64,000 nucleotides of DNA, taken from Ktedonobacteria bacterium. Lineage in GTDB: Bacteria; Chloroflexota; Ktedonobacteria; Ktedonobacterales; JACDGC01. Below the pieces are notes generated by a model, which saw nothing but the letters and a program-made list of their open reading frames with translations, was not told where the DNA came from and did not search any database. The translations under genes and the position numbers were made by a program. The stretch lies in the NCBI GenBank assembly GCA_027459525.1, contig DAIDIC010000185.1, positions 3,992 to 67,991 of the forward strand, given 5' to 3'. How positions within the stretch are numbered: the stretch's first letter is position 1; every line of letters starts with the position of its first letter. This document shows positions 29,465 to 39,243 of the stretch, piece by piece.

Positions 29465-32329
29465 TTATGTATGCCACTTGCCGGCTATAGGAGTTGCGCC
29501 GGATGGCCCAAAATTAGCTGTAATATCGGTGTTGCCTGCTGCGTTACTGTTTCGCAAATAAAACCAGCCGTTATTATACACACCAACGCTGTCAAAACCT
29601 TTGCCCGTCCAGTCTCCCACGATTGGAACACTGCTCAGTGGCCCGAAGGCGAATGTGTTATCTACTGCCCCGGCAGAGTTGCTGTTTTTGAGGTAAAAGG
29701 TTCCTGTTTGGGCGTCATACACACCAACGCTGTCATATCCTTTGCCCGTCCAGTCTCCCACGATTGGAATACTGCCTGCCGGTCCGAATACAAAAGAATT
29801 ATCTGCCGGACCGGCAGAGTTGGCGTATTTCAGAAAAAATGTCCCCGTTTGCGAATCATATGCGCCGACGCTGTCATATCCTTTGCCCGTCCAGTCTCCC
29901 ACGATTGGAACACTGCCTGCCGGCCCAAAAACAAATGAAATATCTGTAGCGCCGGTGGAGCTGCCATTTTTCAAAAAGAAGGTTCCCGTTTGGGAATCGT
30001 AGGCGCCAATACTGCTATATCCTTTGCCTACCCAACCTCCCACGATTGGAACGCTGCCCGCCGGCCCATACACAAAAGAAGTATCGGCGCTGCCGGAGGA
30101 GTTGGTGTTTTTCAAAAAGAACGCGCCGGTTTTTGAGTCGTATACACCGACGGTGTTATATCCGCTGCCCGTCCAGTCACCCACCAGCGGAACACTGTTT
30201 GGCGGCCCGTACACAAAAGAAATATCTGCCGGACCGGCAGAGTTGGTGTTTTTCAAAAAGAACGCGCCGGTTTGGGGAACATATACGCCGACGGTGTCAT
30301 ATCCTTTGCCCGTCCAGTCACCCACCAGCGGAACGCTGTTTGCCGGCCCGTATGCAAATATATTATCGGCGTTTCCGTTGCCATTGCTGTTTTTCAGATA
30401 AAAGGTTCCGGTTTGGGAGTTGTAGACGCCAATAGAATTTTGCAGCGGTGTTTTAGTGGCCGGAGTTGCGGTAGCTGTTGCCGTTGTAGTAGCTGTCGGA
30501 GTTGTGGTAGCAGTGGCTGTTGTAGTAGCTGTCGGAGTTGTAGTAGCGGTCGCCGTTACGCTTGGGGTAGGAGTTGGTGTTCCGCCGGACGACGATACTC
30601 CATTAACAAATACTTGCGCCAGATTCCATGCGTCTAAGCTTCCGATTCCCGACGCAGGATCATAGTTTGCTGTTGCGGAATAATATAAATTATTTCCTTG
30701 GGTAATGTCGTGATACGCTGAGCTATATGCGTAAGAGTTGTAATAGGTATAAAGCGCTTGATTCACATAGCCGGCTTTGGGTTTGTTATGAGCGGTAAGA
30801 TATGCGTCGATTTGCGCCATTACTGCCGTCCATAGCGGCGCGGCGGCGCTCGTTCCTCCGACAATCGTCCAACCGGATGAATAACAGCCGGATGCGCTGA
30901 TCGTACAGTACATAGAATATCCTGTTGCAGGATCTGCGTTAGCGGAAACATCGGGGACGACACGCATTTGCGTTGGATCGCTGATATTTGGCGCCGTGTT
31001 TTGATACGATGGTTCGTTGAACATAGCGCTATATCCGCCGCCGCCGCCGGCTCCGGTAGCGCTGTTGGATGTGTCTGTTGGGTCGCCCCATACACTTTCA
31101 CTTTGGTATTGGTTAAACGCAGTAAGCTGCAATTGTGTGCCGCCGACTCCAACAACATATGGATCATCGGCCGGTGAATCAACCGCCAAGTTTGGGTATG
31201 AATTCAATGAGTCATTGCAGTCGTAGGCTCCGGAATCACCGGCGGCGGCAAAGAAAGTTTGCCCTTGTGCGGCCATCTCCATAAAAACAGAGTCCATTGC
31301 GTTCAGCGTTGCGGAGCCATTGGCGGCTTCACAGCTGCCCCAGCTGGCGGAAACAACCGGATCGATGTCTGCAGTGGCTATGGCGCTCAGAACATCGGTA
31401 TATGGGGTTGACTGCGTGGCAATATACACATCTTGCGCGGCGTTCGGCGCAATAGAGTTTAGCACCTCTATATCCAATTCATCTTCAATAGCGCCGCTTC
31501 CCGGGGTATTTGTTGCGCCGTTTACCAAATGGATGGTTATATTAGGGTCTGGCAGGCTATAATTGCCGGCAAATGCGTTGACATCGCTTTGCGTAAAGCC
31601 GTCAAACTCTACCAAACCGATTCTTATGTTGGCGCCGCTGTTTACCGCTGTTTGCAGCGAACCAATATCATATCCCGAAACTAATTGCGCAGGGGTATAT
31701 CCGCCTACCGGGCCGCTTCCCACTTTGGGTGTTGCGGAATTTTTCGACGCAAAGAGCACATGCGGCTGCGCTTTCGGCAAATTATCCAAGCCGGTAATAG
31801 CGGTAATATAGGGCGCAATAGTTTGTGGCGCTGCCGGTGATGTTACTGAATCATAATAAACATGTCCTTGCACGGATATCAACGCCATACGCGCCTGAAA
31901 CGCGGCTGCGGCTTGCGCTGCGGTGGCGTTGGCGCTGATAATTAAATGGTTGGCAGAAACCTCTATGCCGGTCATTCCTTGAGCCGCTAAATAATTTTCC
32001 ACTGCCGCCAATTGCGTGGTAGTGGGGCCAAACATGAGGGCAAACTGCGCCGGAGTAATGTAGTTATGATAGAGCGCCGAAGCGGGGTTTTGCTGCGCAG
32101 CTATAAACGCCTTTAGCGTCGCCGGGTTTTTTATTGCCATATTAACGTGGATATTTAATGGGGCGGTGTCTGCCATCGGCTCAATAACTGCAAACCGATT
32201 TGGCAGTATTGAGTTTTGCCGCAATACTGTTATTTGCGGACGCAGCGGCGCGGATACGCGCAAATTTTTTATAGAGCCTTGCCAAACCAGCGCGGCAATG
32301 ATTGCCGCCGCAAATAACAGTTTTTTCAT
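29465..32329 (-). CDS. Secreted S53 (sedolisin/kumamolisin-type) peptidase with T/P/A linker and C-terminal 7-repeat FG-GAP/VCBS-like propeller
   Basis: It has the signal peptide MKKLLFAAAIIAALVW and AAGGAAG before ATG 32329. It has a pro-kumamolisin-like activation domain (YHNYITPAQFALMFGP..AAVENYLAAQG), the catalytic Ser motif GGTSAAAPLWTAVMAQI, the linker TPTPTPSVTATATTTPTATTTATATTTP, and then 7 repeats of 47 aa. Confidence 0.8.
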   Translation of the reverse strand: MKKLLFAAAIIAALVWQGSIKNLRVSAPLRPQITVLRQNSILPNRFAVIEPMADTAPLNIHVNMAIKNPATLKAFIAAQQNPASALYHNYITPAQFALMFGPTTTQLAAVENYLAAQGMTGIEVSANHLIISANATAAQAAAAFQARMALISVQGHVYYDSVTSPAAPQTIAPYITAITGLDNLPKAQPHVLFASKNSATPKVGSGPVGGYTPAQLVSGYDIGSLQTAVNSGANIRIGLVEFDGFTQSDVNAFAGNYSLPDPNITIHLVNGATNTPGSGAIEDELDIEVLNSIAPNAAQDVYIATQSTPYTDVLSAIATADIDPVVSASWGSCEAANGSATLNAMDSVFMEMAAQGQTFFAAAGDSGAYDCNDSLNSYPNLAVDSPADDPYVVGVGGTQLQLTAFNQYQSESVWGDPTDTSNSATGAGGGGGYSAMFNEPSYQNTAPNISDPTQMRVVPDVSANADPATGYSMYCTISASGCYSSGWTIVGGTSAAAPLWTAVMAQIDAYLTAHNKPKAGYVNQALYTYYNSYAYSSAYHDITQGNNLYYSATANYDPASGIGSLDAWNLAQVFVNGVSSSGGTPTPTPSVTATATTTPTATTTATATTTPTATTTATATATPATKTPLQNSIGVYNSQTGTFYLKNSNGNGNADNIFAYGPANSVPLVGDWTGKGYDTVGVYVPQTGAFFLKNTNSAGPADISFVYGPPNSVPLVGDWTGSGYNTVGVYDSKTGAFFLKNTNSSGSADTSFVYGPAGSVPIVGGWVGKGYSSIGAYDSQTGTFFLKNGSSTGATDISFVFGPAGSVPIVGDWTGKGYDSVGAYDSQTGTFFLKYANSAGPADNSFVFGPAGSIPIVGDWTGKGYDSVGVYDAQTGTFYLKNSNSAGAVDNTFAFGPLSSVPIVGDWTGKGFDSVGVYNNGWFYLRNSNAAGNTDITANFGPSGATPIAGKWHT
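29468..30440 (-). repeat. Seven in-frame tandem repeats with exact 141-bp period (propeller blades)
   Basis: The string TTGCCCGTCC (or a variant) recurs at 29601, 29742, 29883, 30024, 30165 and 30306, exactly 141 bp apart. Neighbouring units share long identical DNA stretches (e.g. TTGCCCGTCCAGTCTCCCACGATTGGAA). Confidence 0.85.
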
Positions 32330-32380
32330 CAAAAAAAACTTCCTTAAAATTAAGTATGAATCCATCATGATTTTCAATTG

Positions 32381-32519
32381 CAGGACTTTCGCTTGAAAGA
32401 ACGGCACATGTTTTCTCGTATTTGAAGCAGAAGTGGGCTGGGGACACTCCGGAACCCCGTACAAGGGGCGACTGCCCCTTATACATCCCTCGATTTTCCC
32501 TGCTGAAGCGAAAGTCCTG
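32381..32519 (+). mobile_element. MITE-like element, copy 3 (flanks AATTG / AATCG)
   Basis: This is a full-length copy, near-identical to 580-718. It lies 52 bp upstream of the S53 start codon, on the opposite strand. Confidence 0.75.
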
Positions 32520-32703
32520 AATCGGTTATATCCAGTATATTCTTTATGCCCCAGCGTTTTATGGAATTTGCCGAGCTGTTTGCTGAAAGTACTGTCTCAG
32601 ATATTTCACTCAACTTCACTTAACGCGGTTATCCGCATGATTTTTGCTCATGCGGATGAAAAAATATATGTTATATGCTTTTTTTGATATGAACCGCATG
32701 TTT

Positions 32704-32958
32704 TTAATTATGAGTATATTCGGGTTCGCGCTGATGCGAACCGTTTGCCTCATATTTGGGCAGTTCATGCTGAGAAAAATCATATGTATTTGTTTCACGG
32801 AATTGGTTTACCCACTCAACGGCGCCTGTAAATCCTTTATACGCCGTAGTTCCGGCTTTAACGAGCCATGCGCGGCTGTCTTCACGCGACGCTAAATAAG
32901 CTGCTCCGGCCCCAAACGCGGCCAAAACGAGAGAAGTGACTACTGCGGTCTTTTTCAT
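32704..32958 (-). CDS. Small membrane-anchored protein, weakly YtxH-like
   Basis: AAGGAG precedes ATG 32958. The N-terminus is MKKTAVVTSLVLAAFGAGAAYLASREDSRAWL. The family assignment is weak. Confidence 0.4.
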   Translation of the reverse strand: MKKTAVVTSLVLAAFGAGAAYLASREDSRAWLVKAGTTAYKGFTGAVEWVNQFRETNTYDFSQHELPKYEANGSHQREPEYTHN

Positions 32959-33289
32959 GGAAACTCCTTGTGTATTTGTTACTAAAAATAGGATGCTACG
33001 AGAGATGCGTCTTCGTTGACGAATCACACGTACCACTCATATTTCATCGCATAAAATACCGCAGATCATGATGTCTTATTGTCACAAAAATACGGCCTAG
33101 ATGTCTCTTTAAGATGGCGCGGCGCAAACAAACTGAGTGATAAGCCGCCAATACTATCTTTAGCATATTTGTAACCGGAACCAGCATAATATACAATGAA
33201 TCTGGAGCGATTTCGCAAGTGTTTTCGACGCAAGATTCGTATAAGCAGATTCTTCGAGCGCGCAATGTCGCCGCTATGTTCATCATAAT

Positions 33290-33427
33290 TAGGACTTTCG
33301 CTTGAAAGAGAAGCGCATGTTTTTCATATCTGAAACAAAGGGAGGTCTGGGGATACCCCAGAACCCCGTACAAGGGGCGGCGCCCCTTGTACATCTCCGA
33401 TTTTTCCATGCTGAAGCGAAAGTCCTG
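33290..33427 (+). mobile_element. MITE-like element, copy 4 (flanking 5-bp repeat ATAAT)
   Basis: This is a full-length copy. ATAAT occurs at 33285-33289 and 33428-33432. It ends 60 bp upstream of the dnaE start. Confidence 0.75.
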
Positions 33428-33487
33428 ATAATATATATTGTATAAGCTTCTTTTTTATATTTCAGATAGATAGGATGTTAATTTTTC

Positions 33488-36400
33488 ATGCCCGCAGAAT
33501 TTACCCACCTTCACACGCATAGCGAATATTCGCTGCTGGACGGCCATTCTCACTTAAAAGATCTGGCAAAAACCGCAAAAGCGCAGGGAATGTCTGCATT
33601 GGCGCTCACCGATCATGGGGCTATGTATGGCGCAATTGAATTTTATCAAGCGTGCCAAGAAGCTGGAGTAAAACCGATTATCGGCGTAGAGGCGTATCTG
33701 TCCCCGAAACCAATCACTGAAAAAACAGGGATGTATGACTATTTCCATTTGCTGCTGCTGGCAGAAAATGATATCGGCTATAAAAATCTTCTGAAACTTA
33801 CAACCATCGCCCACACAAAAGGCTATTATGTGCGGCCAAGGATTGATAAAGCGCATTTGGAACAGTACAGCGAAGGAATCATTGCCACATCTACGTGTCT
33901 TTCCGGTGAAATTCCCAAATTGCTTTTGCAGGGTGATATGAACGGCGCCCGGCAAACATTGGAATGGTATACCTCGGTTTTTCCGGGGCGCTATTATCTG
34001 GAATTGCAGCAGCACCATGGCTTGGAAGATCAGAATCGGCTGAATGAGGCGTTATTAGCGCTGCATAAAGAAACAAACATCCCTCTTTTAGCCACAAACG
34101 ATTTGCATTATGTGCACGCCGAAGACGCACGGAGTCAAGATATTCTGTTGTGTATTCAAACCGGCAAAACGATGGATGATCCCAAACGCATGCGCTTCGA
34201 CAGTAATGAATATTATTTGCGCAGCCCCGAAGAAATGAGCGCGTTATTCGATTTTGCTCCTTCGGCGATAAAAAACACTATGGAAGTGGCGGAACGCTGC
34301 AACGTCCGCATTCCGTTTGGCGAGGCCGGCCTGCCGGATTTTGAGGTTCCTCCGGAATATAAGGACCAGCAGGAATATTTATATAAGCAGGCAGAAAAAG
34401 GTGTTTACCGAATTTTTGGCAATAACCCGGAGCAGCGGATATGGGATAAATTAAACTATGAGCTTTCCATTATTAACTCAAAAGGGTTTACGTCATATTT
34501 TCTTATTGTGTGGGACTATACAAATTTTGCTCGCAGCCGCGGCATTCGCTGCTTGGCGCGCGGCTCCGCGGCAGGTTCGCTGGTAAGTTATGCGCTCGGC
34601 ATCACCAACGTCGACCCGATGCGCTTTGATCTGCTATTTGAACGTTTTTTAAATCCCGAACGCAAATCTATGCCGGATATTGACATGGATTTTCCCGATG
34701 ACCGCCGTGAAGATGTGATTCGCTATGTTGCGGAAAAATATGGCGCCGACAAAGTTTCCCAAGTTGTTACGTTTGGCACATTGGCGGCTAAAGCTTCGGT
34801 GCGGGATGTCGGCCGCGTACTCTCGAAACAAAGTGACGCCGACCGCATAGCGCGCATGATTCCTACCGGCCCAAAGATCACCTTGCGTTCAGCCATGGAA
34901 TCTCAGCCCGATTTAGCGCAGGCATACGCCACCGACAGTGTGGTGAAAGAAATTTATGATATGGCTGTTACCGTGGAAGGTTCGGTGCGTTCAACCGGTG
35001 TGCACGCCGCCGCCGTGGTGATAGCGCGCGAGCCGCTGGTAGAATATGTGCCCATGCAGCTGCGTGACCCGAAAGATCCTAATTCTTGGCTGGTTGCGCA
35101 GTATGAGCAGGCGCATATCGAGGCGCTTGGCCTGTTAAAAATGGATTTCTTGGGGCTTTCTAACCTGACGATTCTGCAAAACACCCAAAAATTTATTAAA
35201 GAAACACATAATATCGAGATCGATTTAGACCGCTTGCCAACCGAGGGACCGGAAGCGCAAAAAGCGTTTGATCTGCTGGGCGCCGGTGAAACTACCGGAA
35301 TTTTTCAGTTTGAGTCGGGCGCTATGCGCAAATATCTGGCGGAATTGAAGCCTACATGTGTGGAAGATCTTACCGCTATGGTCGCTCTCTATCGTCCCGG
35401 CCCAATGGACTCTATTCCGAAATTTATTCAATCCAAACACGGCAAAATTGCCATTACCTATCTGCACCCGCGCTTAGAAGAATTTTTGAAGGAATCATAT
35501 GGCGTTATCGTTTATCAAGATCAAGTATTGCTGATTGCGGTGCATTTGGCAGGTTTTACTTGGCTGGAGGTAGATTCATTCCGCAAAGCCATGGGCAAAA
35601 AAAAGATTGAAGAAATGATGAAATATAAGGAAAAATTTATTCAGGGCTGCATAAAAAACGATATTACGGAAGATATCGCCACGAAGCTGTACGATTTAAT
35701 CGAGCCGTTTTCGGGCTATGGCTTTAATAAAGCGCACGCCTGCGCCTATGCGTGGGTGGCCTATCAAACCGCGTATTTAAAGGCAAATTTTCCCGCTGAA
35801 TTGATGGCGGCAACTATGACAACCGAGGCCGGCGACACAAAAAAAATTGTTAATATCTTAGATGAATGCCGAAGGATGAATGTGCCGGTGTTACAACCGG
35901 ACGTGAATAAAAGTGACTCGGGCTTTAAAGTGGAAACCGACGCTCAAGGTAATAATGCGGTGCGGTTTGGTCTTTCCGCCATTAAAAATATCGGCGCCAA
36001 AGCAATCGATGAATTAATTATAGAACGCGCGCGCGGCGGACCATATATCGATTTGCTGGATATCTGCCGGCGGGTTGATATGAAAGCGGTGACACGCTCT
36101 TCTTTAGAGTATTTTATTAAAGCCGGCGCAATGGATTTGCTGGGGCGTCGTTCGCAGCTGCTGGAAAATATCGATCGCGCCATGCAACTGGCGCAGATTC
36201 AGAAAAAAATGCAGAATTCCGGGCAGGCAAGTTTATTTGGCGATATGTCCAGCCATGAGTCGCTGGAGTTTACCTTAACCGATTGCCCAGATTTGCCGCT
36301 GGAAGAATTATTAGCCCGTGAATATGAAATGCTTGGCCTCTATATTTCACATCACCCGTTGGAAGGTGTGGCGGGCCTCATTCGTTCGCGCACAACCGCC

Positions 36401-36985
36401 AGCATTGCGGCGCTGAATGAGGAATGGGCCGGCCAAACAATTACACTGGGCGGCAGAATTGTAGGCGTGCGAACGCTGATAACGAAACGCGGCCAGAAAA
36501 TGGCGTATATTCAATTTGAAGATTTAACCGGATCGATGGAAATTGTGATTTTCCCCCGTACATTTGCCGAAGCTGAAGCTATTTTCCAGGAAAACAAAAA
36601 AATATTTATTACCGGTAAAGTCGCTGTTCAAGACGAAATGGTGAAGTTTACCGCAGATAGTGTTGAAGAGATGAAAATTGCAGAAACCGACGCCGCAGAA
36701 CGGAAATTTCACATGAAAGTGCGCATAAAACGCAACGGGCAGCCATCTGCAGATATTAACCGGGCAGAGGAAGTTATGAAAACGATTCGCGCCGCTCCGG
36801 GCGCTGATACGTTTGATTTGGTTATCGATTTACCCAACCCAAATGGTTCCAGTGTTACACTGCGACCCAAAGCAAATACCGTAAAGTATGATCTTGCCTT
36901 GCATAAAAAATTGGAAGACGCATTGGGCAGCGGCGCTGTTGAAGTTGAACAGGCCGGATATTATGAGACACGAGTTGGCAAATGA
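33488..36985 (+). CDS. dnaE: DNA polymerase III alpha subunit
   Basis: This is a 1165-aa protein with the PHP domain FTHLHTHSEYSLLDG, polymerase core motifs (PDIDMDF, GLLKMDFLGL, YRPGPM, FNKAHACAYA) and a C-terminal OB fold. Confidence 0.95.
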   Translation: MPAEFTHLHTHSEYSLLDGHSHLKDLAKTAKAQGMSALALTDHGAMYGAIEFYQACQEAGVKPIIGVEAYLSPKPITEKTGMYDYFHLLLLAENDIGYKNLLKLTTIAHTKGYYVRPRIDKAHLEQYSEGIIATSTCLSGEIPKLLLQGDMNGARQTLEWYTSVFPGRYYLELQQHHGLEDQNRLNEALLALHKETNIPLLATNDLHYVHAEDARSQDILLCIQTGKTMDDPKRMRFDSNEYYLRSPEEMSALFDFAPSAIKNTMEVAERCNVRIPFGEAGLPDFEVPPEYKDQQEYLYKQAEKGVYRIFGNNPEQRIWDKLNYELSIINSKGFTSYFLIVWDYTNFARSRGIRCLARGSAAGSLVSYALGITNVDPMRFDLLFERFLNPERKSMPDIDMDFPDDRREDVIRYVAEKYGADKVSQVVTFGTLAAKASVRDVGRVLSKQSDADRIARMIPTGPKITLRSAMESQPDLAQAYATDSVVKEIYDMAVTVEGSVRSTGVHAAAVVIAREPLVEYVPMQLRDPKDPNSWLVAQYEQAHIEALGLLKMDFLGLSNLTILQNTQKFIKETHNIEIDLDRLPTEGPEAQKAFDLLGAGETTGIFQFESGAMRKYLAELKPTCVEDLTAMVALYRPGPMDSIPKFIQSKHGKIAITYLHPRLEEFLKESYGVIVYQDQVLLIAVHLAGFTWLEVDSFRKAMGKKKIEEMMKYKEKFIQGCIKNDITEDIATKLYDLIEPFSGYGFNKAHACAYAWVAYQTAYLKANFPAELMAATMTTEAGDTKKIVNILDECRRMNVPVLQPDVNKSDSGFKVETDAQGNNAVRFGLSAIKNIGAKAIDELIIERARGGPYIDLLDICRRVDMKAVTRSSLEYFIKAGAMDLLGRRSQLLENIDRAMQLAQIQKKMQNSGQASLFGDMSSHESLEFTLTDCPDLPLEELLAREYEMLGLYISHHPLEGVAGLIRSRTTASIAALNEEWAGQTITLGGRIVGVRTLITKRGQKMAYIQFEDLTGSMEIVIFPRTFAEAEAIFQENKKIFITGKVAVQDEMVKFTADSVEEMKIAETDAAERKFHMKVRIKRNGQPSADINRAEEVMKTIRAAPGADTFDLVIDLPNPNGSSVTLRPKANTVKYDLALHKKLEDALGSGAVEVEQAGYYETRVGK

Positions 36986-37767
36986 GTGAAGTTTTTTTTG
37001 TAGACGCTGCGCTAAGTATCACAGATATTCCCAGCGCATTACACGAATATCCGCACGCGACGTGCGCAGTTATCGATGTTATCCGCGCGACCACTACTAT
37101 GTCTATGCTGGAAGAGCGCGGCGCGGAAATTATTCAGGTTGTCTCTTCATTAGAGGAAGCGCTTGAGATAGGGCAAGAGCACAAAGAATATTTTTTGGTG
37201 GGAGAAAACCAAGGAGAACGCCCCGAAGGATTTCATTTTGGCAATTCTCCGGCGGAAATAGCCCAATCAAATTTTACGAAAAAACATGTCATTATCGCGA
37301 CCACGAATGGAACGAAGGCTATCGCCGCATGTTTTGCGCATAACGCCGGTGTGGTTGCCGCGGCGTGTTTAAGAAACGCTGCGCCGGCGGCGCAATGTAT
37401 GCTGGCGGCGTTTCCTGCGCCCGCTTTAGTTGTATGCGCGGGACGGAAAATGCGCCCGTCGGCAGATGACACCTATACCGCCGGTGTGATATTAACTGAG
37501 CTGCTGAGGTTAGCGAGTCAGGCCGGAATAGATGTAAGGCTTGGTGAAACGGCGCAAATAGCGGTTGCTTACGCCGAAAGCTGCGGAAATAATGAGCTGC
37601 GTTTTCTGCATGGCACACAATCTGGCCAAACTGTTTTGAATCTGCATTTAGACGCTGATTTGCAATTTTGCGCGCAAAGAAATGTTCGCGATACCTTGCC
37701 GATTATCGAGGCGGATGAAGCCGGCAGACTGCTGGCGCAGCGCAGCCATCTGTTTACAGCAAAATGA
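36982..37767 (+). CDS. comB: 2-phosphosulfolactate phosphatase (ComB) family protein
   Basis: It has VIDVIRATTT and GENQGERPEGFHFGNSP, typical of the ComB family. Its ATG overlaps the dnaE TGA (ATGA at 36982-36985). Confidence 0.7.
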   Translation: MSEVFFVDAALSITDIPSALHEYPHATCAVIDVIRATTTMSMLEERGAEIIQVVSSLEEALEIGQEHKEYFLVGENQGERPEGFHFGNSPAEIAQSNFTKKHVIIATTNGTKAIAACFAHNAGVVAAACLRNAAPAAQCMLAAFPAPALVVCAGRKMRPSADDTYTAGVILTELLRLASQAGIDVRLGETAQIAVAYAESCGNNELRFLHGTQSGQTVLNLHLDADLQFCAQRNVRDTLPIIEADEAGRLLAQRSHLFTAK

Positions 37768-37797
37768 GAGAAACTATGTTATAACAACAAATGCAAA

Positions 37798-37865
37798 GGC
37801 CCTATTTCCAAATGGTCGCCATATGGCGCGCGTTTCAGGCTTACGCCTACATAGGAAATAGGGCC
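37798..37865. terminator. Long stem-loop between convergent comB and arginase genes (possible bidirectional terminator or structured RNA)
   Basis: A perfect 12-bp stem GGCCCTATTTCC (37798-37809) / GGAAATAGGGCC (37854-37865) encloses a 44-nt interior containing the palindrome CGCCATATGGCG. There is no clear U-tract. Confidence 0.35.
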
Positions 37866-37913
37866 GCTTCTATTGGCGTGAATGTGTTAGTTAATAATTT
37901 TTCGGCGGCGCAA

Positions 37914-38810
37914 TCAATAAATACGTTTGCCAAATACAGAGGCAATCAACCCTACGGCAAGCTGGCCGGTTTTATTTGCCGTGTCTAAAATAGGGTTCAC
38001 TTCCACCATATCCAATGAACACATCTTCTGTGTTTCTGCAATCATTTCCATTGTTAAATGGGCGTCGCGGTATGTTAACCCGCCCGGAACAGGTGTGCCA
38101 ACACCCGGAGCTTCACTGGGGTCTACCGAATCAATATCGAAACTAACATGCAGCGAATTCCCATCGCGCAGCAGATATTCTAACGCTTCTTGCGCCACAG
38201 AAACCAACCCGCGCCGATCGATATCATGCATGGTGTATACCCGCACTTGATGACTGCGCAGCAGCTTCTTTTCCTCGGAATCAAGGGAACGCGCGCCAAG
38301 GATCACTATTTTATCTGCTGAAACTTTCGGGCTGAAACCGCCGATATCTGTTAACTGCGGCGCGCCAATACCGGCTAACGCTGCCAATACCATGCCGTGA
38401 ATATTTCCGGATGGCGATGATTCATTGGTGTTAAAATCACCGTGGGCGTCTACCCACAATACGGAAAGCGGTCCGTATTTTTTTGCCGACGCCGCAACAG
38501 ATCCCAGACTGATGCTATGGTCACCGCCAAGCGCTACCATAATATATTCTTTATCGACTTCACTAATTTTCTTTGCCGCTTCGATTACGGTCTCTTGAAT
38601 TGGTTCCAGATATTTTAATTTTGGGTTTCCCGGCTCCAATATTTCGGGAATATGCGCGCGGATATCCCCCAAATCCCGAACCTCTAAACCCAGCTGCTGC
38701 AACTCATTGGTTAAGCCTGCGCAGCGAATTGCGCTTGGCCCCATGTCTACCCCTCGGCGGCCTGCGCCGAGATCCATAGAAACGCCAATAATTGCTGTTT
38801 TTGTCGCCAT
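37914..38810 (-). CDS. rocF: Arginase (ureohydrolase family)
   Basis: It has GGDHSISLGS, VLWVDAHGDFNT, SGNIHGMVLA and SFDIDSVDP (Mn-binding ureohydrolase motifs). The GNIHGM motif favours arginase over agmatinase. Confidence 0.8.
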   Translation of the reverse strand: MATKTAIIGVSMDLGAGRRGVDMGPSAIRCAGLTNELQQLGLEVRDLGDIRAHIPEILEPGNPKLKYLEPIQETVIEAAKKISEVDKEYIMVALGGDHSISLGSVAASAKKYGPLSVLWVDAHGDFNTNESSPSGNIHGMVLAALAGIGAPQLTDIGGFSPKVSADKIVILGARSLDSEEKKLLRSHQVRVYTMHDIDRRGLVSVAQEALEYLLRDGNSLHVSFDIDSVDPSEAPGVGTPVPGGLTYRDAHLTMEMIAETQKMCSLDMVEVNPILDTANKTGQLAVGLIASVFGKRIY

Positions 38811-39243
38811 ATTTTAGATAACTCCTCTTTATACCACTGCTTTGTGTCCGCCTCTGCAACGAGGCCTACATACAGTATATGCCGCAATAGGTATTATTTT
38901 CCTGTGTCTTCTTGCTCACAGTACATTTCGCCGGATTGCTTGTCAGGAAAAAATATTTTGAGACGCTCCAAATCCCGCGCAACTGCGAATTCCTGCTTTG
39001 CCGAATATGCGTCATAATGCGCAAACATGACCTAAGACATAGGAAAACCTATCCTCAGAAAGATCCCATATCAGCGGGCAGCGCTTATGATAATAGAGAC
39101 TTGAGCGGACGCAAGACATAAGCATGGGCGCAGAGACAGCGCACACCATGGCAATGTTTGGCTTATCCCCCCAAATTTTCTTTGTTCCTGTTCAGGTCTA
39201 TACTATCGACCATATCGAAAAGCTTATTTCATAGGAGAATTTT

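Noticed and set aside
29471-30665. Multiple plus-strand ORFs (155, 86, 125, 129, 121 and 69 aa) inside the S53 repeat region.
   Set aside because: They are periodic artefacts of the 141-bp tandem repeat read on the opposite strand. The minus-strand frame encodes a continuous propeller with a clear consensus.
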